Virus record (IMG/VR): IMGVR_UViG_3300028394_000037
Length of the DNA stretch: 64,000 nt
Source: a virus
Strand: one strand, 5' to 3'
How positions within the stretch are numbered: the stretch's first letter is position 1; each line of letters begins with the position of its first letter. The notes below the pieces were generated by a model. It had not been told where the DNA came from. It saw nothing but the letters and a program-made list of their open reading frames with translations, and did no database searches. Of the stretch, positions 29,724 through 38,300 are shown piece after piece. The position numbers and the translations under genes were made by a program.

Positions 29724-30576
29724 TTACTATTATTGCAACAAAAACTCTTTGAGGAGATCCTGTACCACCACCACCGCCATCACGAGCACCAATCGGAGCA
29801 GGCCAGTCGTTCCATCCGGTTCCACCTCCACCTCCACCGCCGCCACCACCAGCACCTACACCAGATCCACCTACACCTCCAGAACCACCATTTGCATAAG
29901 AACCAGGATCTTTATAAAGATCCCCACCAATATTACCTGGATTGGCATTGACTGATGCAGGTGGAAGTGGTGTTGTTATGTCACTTGGATATGGGGATGA
30001 ATTTAATGAAATTACTAATCCACCGGCACCACCACCACCAACGCCACCAGCATATCCGTTTGATGCACCTCTTGATGATTGAGTCGGTCCTCCAGCTCCA
30101 GCACCAAAACTGTATACAGAAGTAAATGAATTTAGTGCAGTTATTGCATCACTAGTATTGGAATATGGAGTGCCATTAGAATTACTCATCGCCAAAGATC
30201 TACCATCTCCAGTGGTCCCTGAAGTCTGAAATTGAACAGCAGAAGAATAAAAAGGATCAGAATAATTTGCCTTTACATTTAAAGTTCCGCCAGTTGCCAA
30301 ACTATTAAAAGGAACATTAATATATGCAGCAACATTAGATTGACCACCGGCACCACCAGAGGTAGCACCAGAGGCAGGAGCGGCAGCATTACCTCCAGGA
30401 GATCCATTAGAACCGGTTCCGGCAACAATAACAACTTTTGCGCTATTTGCCTCTGATTGAGTTAATGTGACACTTAAATCACTTGAACTAAAATAATATT
30501 GTTGTGATGGTGTAGCAGCACCCTCACCAGCACTCCTACCAAACCCAAACTTCAACCCAGTAAAAAGAAGTGCCAT
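29716..30576 (-). CDS. Glycine-rich putative adhesin, 286 aa
   Basis: MALLFTGLKFGFGRSAGEG start followed by a Gly-rich body unlike that of the 314-aa neighbour. Confidence 0.7.
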   Translation of the reverse strand: MALLFTGLKFGFGRSAGEGAATPSQQYYFSSSDLSVTLTQSEANSAKVVIVAGTGSNGSPGGNAAAPASGATSGGAGGQSNVAAYINVPFNSLATGGTLNVKANYSDPFYSSAVQFQTSGTTGDGRSLAMSNSNGTPYSNTSDAITALNSFTSVYSFGAGAGGPTQSSRGASNGYAGGVGGGGAGGLVISLNSSPYPSDITTPLPPASVNANPGNIGGDLYKDPGSYANGGSGGVGGSGVGAGGGGGGGGGGTGWNDWPAPIGARDGGGGGTGSPQRVFVAIIVRV

Positions 30577-30588
30577 AATATCAAACTC
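30520..30588. repeat. 69-bp direct repeat, copy 2
   Basis: Lies 865 bp from copy 1. Confidence 0.95.
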
Positions 30589-31837
30589 CTACAGTACCTT
30601 GACGGAACCCACCATTCTTGGTGACATAAACCTGATAACTACTTGCAACAGTATTTGTACCACCAGTATAATGTACGAAGAATGATACAAAATCTATATC
30701 ACTTGCAGTCGTAGAAAGTGTCACAGTGGTTGCACTACCTACCAGTGCTCTGGTTGAGATACCAGCAACTGTTGCACCATCCTCAAATCCAATCACAAAA
30801 CAGTTAGTACCAATACCAGTTGCTGCTGTTGTGTTTGCAGTTCCTGTTGCGTTCTGTGTAAAGATAACAGTAATCGTTGTACCATTAGAAACACCAGTAT
30901 CAGCAGGCATATTCTTAAAGGATACAATACCTACACTACCATTTGATAAACTATGAGTATAAGTCGTTGCATTTCTTACATCTAACTCAAGAACAACTCT
31001 ACCACCACCTAAGTCATAAGTAGATCCGGTAGATACTGTTTCTATAACACCCTTAAACTTACTTGGTTGGTTATACTCAAAGCATCCAGTATCTCTTTCC
31101 CAGGTGATTGTTTTATTTGTAGTGCCATAAATCGTGATTCCTGCACCATCAGCAGTTACATCAGATGGTGATGTGGTTGAACCAATACCTATATTCTTAT
31201 CTGCTACTTCCAGACTTGTGGTATTGATAATGGTTTGAGTACCGTTAACCGTAAGATTAGTAAAGGTTGCAGCAGAACCAGTTACATTTCCTACAGTAAT
31301 ATTTGGTGTGCCAGAAAGTCCATAAGCAGTTCCTGCTGCTGTTGCAGTGGATGCAGTTCCCGTTAAACTACCAGTAACAGTTCCTACAGTTATATTAGGA
31401 CTTCCCGTTAATCCATAAGCAGTTCCTGCTGCTGTTGCTGTGGATGCAATTCCAATTAAATTATATGCAGTAGTTGCAAAAGATACAGAAGAACCAGCAG
31501 ATAATGTAGTGGTTCCATTGACCGTAAGATTTCCAGAAATAGTGAAATTTCCAACAGCACTGGGAGCAGCAAGATTATATGCCTTATATGCAACTAATTC
31601 AAGAATATCTCCGCTTTGTGCTGCTGATGATAATCCTACTGTTGAAGTATCGGTTGCACTGAAATCTTGCCCTTCAATTTGACGAGCACCATTCAGGTAA
31701 ACGTCAAGATATCCAATCTGATATCCTGCGGCAAAAGTAAAGTTAGTTTGTACTCCTGTTGGAGAAAATACTTGTTTTGCAACAACAATTGGAGATGTAT
31801 CAGGACTATATCCAATATAACCATACTTTAATGACAT
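30581..31837 (-). CDS. Fibre/adaptor protein, 418 aa
   Basis: N-terminal DVYLNGARQ...DF domain, shared core, ends NGGFRQGTVGV. Confidence 0.7.
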   Translation of the reverse strand: MSLKYGYIGYSPDTSPIVVAKQVFSPTGVQTNFTFAAGYQIGYLDVYLNGARQIEGQDFSATDTSTVGLSSAAQSGDILELVAYKAYNLAAPSAVGNFTISGNLTVNGTTTLSAGSSVSFATTAYNLIGIASTATAAGTAYGLTGSPNITVGTVTGSLTGTASTATAAGTAYGLSGTPNITVGNVTGSAATFTNLTVNGTQTIINTTSLEVADKNIGIGSTTSPSDVTADGAGITIYGTTNKTITWERDTGCFEYNQPSKFKGVIETVSTGSTYDLGGGRVVLELDVRNATTYTHSLSNGSVGIVSFKNMPADTGVSNGTTITVIFTQNATGTANTTAATGIGTNCFVIGFEDGATVAGISTRALVGSATTVTLSTTASDIDFVSFFVHYTGGTNTVASSYQVYVTKNGGFRQGTVGV

Positions 31838-32367
31838 TAGGCAACTCCTTGCAAAATGGCCAAGGTAACATCAAGAGAGTTTACAACACTTGAACCAACG
31901 CGAATTTCATCGCTTGCATTCAAAAGTGTCTTACCAGCATCACTAATTATAACTGAACTTCCTGCAGGAACAGGAACTTTATAGAGTAAATTATAACTTG
32001 TAGAACCACTTGATACCTGAACCGTTGCAGAGACTTGGTTCGTGGTATTGTTTGCTAATGTTCCACCAATCAAAATACTCTTCAATCCAGTTGATGCATA
32101 TATCGTTGTAAGTCCAACAAAATTAACCGATTGGGATGAAGTTGCCGAAGTGTTTGTGGATGTGCTATCCACAGTAACTTGTCCTGCACCAATTGCAGAA
32201 ACCTTTGAACCACCAATGAAGTTTCCGTTATCCACAAGATAACCAACCAAAACTCCTGCGGTTGAAATTCCAGTAATAATTGTGGAGGTAATTCCAATAG
32301 AACCAGAAGAACTAGTTGTTACCACTCCGACTGCTTTCTTAAGTGCGTTTGTAAATACTTCTGCCAT
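31837..32367 (-). CDS. Small fibre-associated beta-domain protein, 176 aa
   Basis: VPVPAGSS...GKTLLNASDEIRV...AILQ resembles the 115-aa ORF. It follows a gene ending LAIALGG. Confidence 0.65.
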   Translation of the reverse strand: MAEVFTNALKKAVGVVTTSSSGSIGITSTIITGISTAGVLVGYLVDNGNFIGGSKVSAIGAGQVTVDSTSTNTSATSSQSVNFVGLTTIYASTGLKSILIGGTLANNTTNQVSATVQVSSGSTSYNLLYKVPVPAGSSVIISDAGKTLLNASDEIRVGSSVVNSLDVTLAILQGVA

Positions 32368-32396
32368 TTTTCTTTACGTGTTAGTGTTATTTATTA

Positions 32397-33170
32397 TTAA
32401 CCGCCTAAAGCGATTGCAAGACCAAGTGATACTCCAGGAGCAGGTAAATACACATTTGATGTATTACCTGATTGTGATGCAGTTAATCCCGTTCCAACAA
32501 AATTCACAGTTGTAATGGCAGTCCCAACTGAGACTCCACCAGATTGAATACCAATTGAACCACCAGAACTTGCAGAAACTCCTGATAATTTAGAACCATC
32601 ACCATAATAAGTAACAGAACTACCAACAATACTAGAAGTTACAATACCAGAAGAAATTTGAAGTGTTCCAAGAGTAGAAACACCAGTTACATTTAAATTT
32701 TGAGTTGTGGTAATACCTGTTGCATTTAAATTAAGAGTTGTTGCTTGACTATTAGCAGTAATATTTCTGACTGTTACTTCATCAAGTGTTATATCATCTT
32801 CAACAACCAAATCACCAGTAACTCTTACATCACCCTTTACATAAAGTGCTGTTGCTCCTGTAGAAACCGGAGAACGAACATCTAATAAGTATGCAGGTGC
32901 TGCGGTTCCAATACCAACAGAACCACCAACACCAGTAAGAGTTGTTCCGTTAGTTCCTACACTTAACTTTGTTACAAAGGTTCCTACACCAACAGTATAT
33001 AAATTATTTCTTATATAAGCATCAGTAACGCCAATTCCACCGGCAACATCAAGTAGATATCCTGGTTGCGAAGTACCAATACCCACCTTGCCAGTTGTTG
33101 CATTGGCAAGAATAAGCTTCTGATTTACTTCTAATCCGTTTTTGACTACAAAATTCTTATTGACAGACAT
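32397..33170 (-). CDS. Short fibre protein, 257 aa
   Basis: NKNFVVKNGL start, VGIGT modules, ends VSLGLAIALGG. Confidence 0.7.
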   Translation of the reverse strand: MSVNKNFVVKNGLEVNQKLILANATTGKVGIGTSQPGYLLDVAGGIGVTDAYIRNNLYTVGVGTFVTKLSVGTNGTTLTGVGGSVGIGTAAPAYLLDVRSPVSTGATALYVKGDVRVTGDLVVEDDITLDEVTVRNITANSQATTLNLNATGITTTQNLNVTGVSTLGTLQISSGIVTSSIVGSSVTYYGDGSKLSGVSASSGGSIGIQSGGVSVGTAITTVNFVGTGLTASQSGNTSNVYLPAPGVSLGLAIALGG

Positions 33171-33201
33171 AGGTGGAGAGCGCCAACCTGTGAGTTATTA
33201 T

Positions 33202-33209
33202 TATTTATA
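33202..33209 (-). promoter_or_regulatory. T4-type late promoter TATAAATA
   Basis: Exact consensus upstream of 33170. Confidence 0.8.
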
Positions 33210-35352
33210 CTTTTCTAATTACAATCTTTGCGCCGCCAGTATTTCCACCTTGTTGAGAAGTAGATACTACATTAACTGAACCATCGGTATATCCACTTCC
33301 TCCTCCACCTCCGCTACTATTTGTTCCACCATTACCACCAGTTGCACCAGATCCACCACTGCCACTACCAGATACAGTAACTGTTCTATATTGAGTGCAG
33401 GAATATGGATTACTATATGTGTCATCATAAGGAACCCAAAGATTTTCTTCCACCCATACTGTAAATATAAAATATCTAATATAAGTTGATATCCCACTTC
33501 TTAAAAATCTGATTGTAAATTCTCTACTTTGAGAATTATAATCTAGAGATTTTACTGTAAATCCATCAGGATATTCAACTCCAGAACCAGCAGTTGTTAC
33601 AATACTTCTATCAGGATAAATTACTTTTCCAGAAGGATCTGGTCCTAAAGATCTTTCAACATAACTATTAAATATTGTACTACCTATAGTATCTGTATTT
33701 TTATCAATTTTAACTGTATACCATCTATCTTCACCATTTATTCCTCTGGATACGCTAAAGTATCCACTAACATCTTGAGGAGCATATCCCGACGGCCCAA
33801 TTGCTCTTACTTCATTATGACTCATTGAACCTTGATTATCAACGTTTCCAATCTGAAATGTCACTCGGCGCATTTCATTTCGGTATCCACTACTACCACC
33901 AGTATCATAACAAGTATCAGTATAAGGTTCTTGTGTACTATATTGTGCTTGTCCTTGTCCAGCAGTCTGACGAACATCATATCCAGATTTAAATCCTCTG
34001 GTAATTGATGCCGAGTTAGTAACTAATGTTCCATTTGCAAGATATATTTTAGACGTACCAACATCAGCACAAGCAGTCTTTCCTTGTGATATCCAATAGT
34101 TTCCTTTTGGACACGGAATTACTCTTCCGCCATTTTGCCCAGTTGCTTTTGTATCCGAACCAATTGGAGTTGAACTTGAAGATGATCCAAAAATACCATT
34201 AGATGGTAATGTTCCCGCCGAATATACACTTCCACCACTTCCACCACCTCTACCAGCACCAGATGCGCCAGCAACATTTATTCCACCACCATTACCACCA
34301 TTACCACTAGATGCAGCATCACCACCCTTTCCACAAACTGCAATTAGTGAACCTTTACGATAAACAAAAGGACATTGATTAGTTGAATCCAATCCAGCAA
34401 TAGTATATTCTTCATTTTTTTTCATAGTAAATCTAATTTTAGAAACTCCCCCTTGCCCACCAGTATATGATCCAGAGTTTGCTCCAGCACCAGCGTATAT
34501 TTCCATTTCAACATTAGTATCAATATCTTTAGCATAAAGAGATATTAAACTTGTTGCACTTGTATTATCTTGAGCATATAAAGTTACATCTCCACTTACT
34601 AATAAGTCAGTAGTACTTAATGTTGCAGTTGATGATGTTGTATCATATTTCTCTATGGTTATATTTTTAGATGGAGGAACATTATAAAAATTAACCACAT
34701 CAGAATATAATGGAGAATTGGATGCAATAGAATTTGTGATTCTTACCTGAATTGAATATACTCCAATTTGAGAATATGAAATTGTAAGATTTGGTGTATT
34801 AGAACCACTTACAGTAGAACTATCAACAAGATCTGTTCCATCCAATATCCACTTATATGATAATGTCCCTTGAGTAGTATCAGTAGAGGATGCAACAACA
34901 CTAAAAGATGCACTTACATTTTGTACAGCAGTTGTTTCTATAGGTTGAGTTGTTATACTCAATACTGGATATACAGTTACGATTCCAACATTTGAATTTG
35001 TTGGTTCATTCAATGCATTAGCAGAGACTCCTGATGGTGCATAATCTGCCTGCAAATAAATCTGACGATTATGATCTGTTGGACTTACAAGATTACTAAT
35101 CGTTAATGTGGTTGTTGCTGCACCAGTTACATAAGTTCCATTTGATATGATACCATTTTGATCGTACCACTGATAAACAATACTTCCACTATTTGATGCT
35201 GCCTGTGCAAATGTTGCAGTCGCAATTCCAATAAAAGTTGCAGATCCACCATTAATAGTTGCTATTCCAACAGGTTGTGTAGTGAATGATAAAGTTGGAC
35301 CGTTTAATTCAAAATTTGTAGGAATTTCTTGAAAAAGATTATTCTCTATCAT
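33205..35352 (-). CDS. Ig-like + glycine-rich structural protein, 715 aa
   Basis: Two TTQP...Y.W...LTIS Ig-like repeats, then a Gly-rich domain interrupted by a non-Gly insert. Confidence 0.7.
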   Translation of the reverse strand: MIENNLFQEIPTNFELNGPTLSFTTQPVGIATINGGSATFIGIATATFAQAASNSGSIVYQWYDQNGIISNGTYVTGAATTTLTISNLVSPTDHNRQIYLQADYAPSGVSANALNEPTNSNVGIVTVYPVLSITTQPIETTAVQNVSASFSVVASSTDTTQGTLSYKWILDGTDLVDSSTVSGSNTPNLTISYSQIGVYSIQVRITNSIASNSPLYSDVVNFYNVPPSKNITIEKYDTTSSTATLSTTDLLVSGDVTLYAQDNTSATSLISLYAKDIDTNVEMEIYAGAGANSGSYTGGQGGVSKIRFTMKKNEEYTIAGLDSTNQCPFVYRKGSLIAVCGKGGDAASSGNGGNGGGINVAGASGAGRGGGSGGSVYSAGTLPSNGIFGSSSSSTPIGSDTKATGQNGGRVIPCPKGNYWISQGKTACADVGTSKIYLANGTLVTNSASITRGFKSGYDVRQTAGQGQAQYSTQEPYTDTCYDTGGSSGYRNEMRRVTFQIGNVDNQGSMSHNEVRAIGPSGYAPQDVSGYFSVSRGINGEDRWYTVKIDKNTDTIGSTIFNSYVERSLGPDPSGKVIYPDRSIVTTAGSGVEYPDGFTVKSLDYNSQSREFTIRFLRSGISTYIRYFIFTVWVEENLWVPYDDTYSNPYSCTQYRTVTVSGSGSGGSGATGGNGGTNSSGGGGGSGYTDGSVNVVSTSQQGGNTGGAKIVIRKV

Positions 35353-38300
35353 AGAAAGTTTTGTCCTCCAACAATACCAAATATTCCTGAAGTTGTAATA
35401 TTTGTTCCATCAAAGGTCTTAAAGGAGTAAATATCAGTTCGGTTTGCTGTAGTTGTTACAATCGGAATAACTCCACCACCAGCCCAATAAATCGGAATTG
35501 CCGTTCCAACAGAATTCCTAAAGGTATCAATTCCAACCGAATATCCAGTAGAACCTTGAGTGATCTTTAATGTAAATCCAGTAGATCCTGCTGGTGGATT
35601 TAATAATGTGAATGATGTTACTGCTTCTGTTGGAGTAAATGTAAATGTCTGTGCCTTTGAAAGATCAATTGTCACAACACCCGAAGAACTTGTGAGTGCT
35701 TCTACTACCTCAAAATAAGTCTTAAATCTTACAGATCCTTCAATATCAAGTTTCGCTCTTGGTGATACTGTACCAATACCAACCAAATCAGAACTTGCAG
35801 TAATAGCAGATCCATTAGTACCAACAGAAAGTGTGGTTGCAGTAATAATACCAGCACGAATATTACTTGAGGTACTATCAAATCGGAATGATGTAGATGT
35901 CAACATTCCACCAACAATTACATCTTGAGTTGTTGTAAATCCAGCAAAGACTGCTTTACCATTTACATAAAGTGATGTTGATGATGAACCAACAGAACCA
36001 AGTTCAAGATTAAATCTTGGAACAGAAGTACCAATACCAACATTATTCAGATTTGTATTATAAATCCCACCAGTAACTTGTTGCCATCCAGCAGCAGATA
36101 CATTTACATTTGTAATTAGACTACCATCGCCAGAGAAATAATTTGCATAACAAGTTCCAATAACATTAGTGGTTCCATTTACTTGCAACTTATATGAACC
36201 AGAAGTAGTTCCAATACCAACACCAGTTCCATTTACCGAGAATAGTGATGAACCAGAACCAACAACAAATGATGCAGTTCCTGCTGTTGTAGTTGCAATT
36301 CCCACACGATCAAAAATCATATGATTTTCGGATTGGGAAAGACTAATGTTTCCAAAACGATACCAACCATTCTCAAGAGTATAAACCCAACCAGCATAAC
36401 CACCCTTAGATGGATCTGAAAAATAAGTTACATCTCCAGGATTTCCTGAAATAGATGGTTGAGTTACTCCAACAGTATATTTTCTAGAAATAGTAGCATC
36501 GCCCTGTAAGAACAATGAGTATGCTTCAATACCCTTACTTGAATTTGATGTGATTTTATTGTTAAAAACAACAGGGCCATCAAATTGTGAAATGAGCGTT
36601 GAATCCGTTCCACCTTCTACACGAATTGAACGTGAAACAGAAATTTCAAGAGGAGTAAGTGCATCAAATCCTACACTCACACCAGTTAGAACATCTTCAC
36701 CTGTTACAGTTGGAACTGGAGAATCAAATACTTGTTCCTGACCTGTTGCAGAATTGACCTTCTTGTTCCCAACATAAAATGCACCCTTATCATTCATTCC
36801 TGTGAAAACATTAATTCCACCATCAAGTTTTGTAGATATAGCAAGTAATTCTTCTTGTTCAGTTAATTGCCTATCCTGACGATCTGGGAATGCAGTGGAA
36901 TAATTACCAGGACCAAATCCAAGATACTCAAAGGTATGTCCAGATGCACGAATGATTGAATTTCTTCTTAATTCAATTGGTTTCAGTTTTATTCTACGGA
37001 CAACAGATCCTGAAATATGAGATGTTGCATGAGTACCATAAATTCCTCTAAAAACACTTATTGGATTTCCAGAAACTGTTTGTTTTACTCTCAGTATTTC
37101 ATTATCAATTAGTAAATAATCACCAATTTCAAGATTCAAATTAGTAACATTAGTAAGACTTATTGTAGTATTTGTTGCATTAGAAATTGCTGCAGATAAT
37201 GTGGTGGTTATTCCTGCATATTGTGTCAATAATCTTCCTGAGATATTTTCATTTTCTACATTTATCACTCCACCTTGAGAAACAAATCCTTTGATATAAA
37301 TTGTCTTTGTTCCTGTTGTGGCAGGTGCAATTGTTCCAATACCAATATATGTTTCAAATTGAGTTAGACTATTAATTTTCTTTACAATAAAGTCAGAATT
37401 GTAAATTGAACTAGTTGCTCCACCAACAGTAAATTTATTTCCAATTCCTAATCCGTGATTTTGAATTGTTGTAATTGTACTAATTCCAGATACATTGTCA
37501 TATGTAAGTGTACTAATATTAATTGATTTGCCAGCATTAACTACATTTGCATAAGCAGTTGCAGTTACACCCAATCCGGTGGTGAGTGGTGGATATACAG
37601 TAGATGATGGTACTACATTAATTTCTTTAGATTTTCCTGTTGAAATTCCCGAAATCTTGTATACAGTATTATATACATCAAGTGATGCAGGAACAATACC
37701 TGCAATAGATAAACATTCTCCTGTTGCATCATAAATTCCAGTAACAGTTACAACTGCAGACGAATATCCACTTGTTGTTGCAACTCCTACAACAGAAAGA
37801 TTATTTCCAATACCATATGCACTACCACCATCAATAATCTTAACGTCAGTAATATTACCAGAAGTATTAACAGTAATTCTTGCAGTTGCGTGTTTACCAG
37901 TAGTATCTCCAACTCCAATCAATTGAGCATTATAAAGACTTCCTGCTGTACCAGAACCATAACCGGCACCACTAGATGCAATACTGACTGTTGTGATTCT
38001 ATTGAGTCCGTGATCAGTTTTTGTATAGAATGTATGTGCAGTTCCTACAGAGTTTGATACTATATTTGTTAGACCAATACCTACACCAAAATCAACTAAT
38101 CCCCTTCCAAGAGTTTCTTTTGTAATACTATTCTGAGGATCATCAACTACAACCTGTCCGATTGGATCAGAAAGTGCATATGATATTGCTGCTTTTGGAT
38201 CTGAATTTGGATTATCGCGGTTTGTTTGTGGATAAAAATTCTGAATTGGTTGTGAAAATCTTAGTTCAGTAAATGGATTTGCTGATGGACTATTTGAAGA

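Noticed and set aside
19799-33170. Invertase-type tail fibre shufflon
   Set aside because: All genes and repeats are in direct orientation and no recombinase gene is seen.
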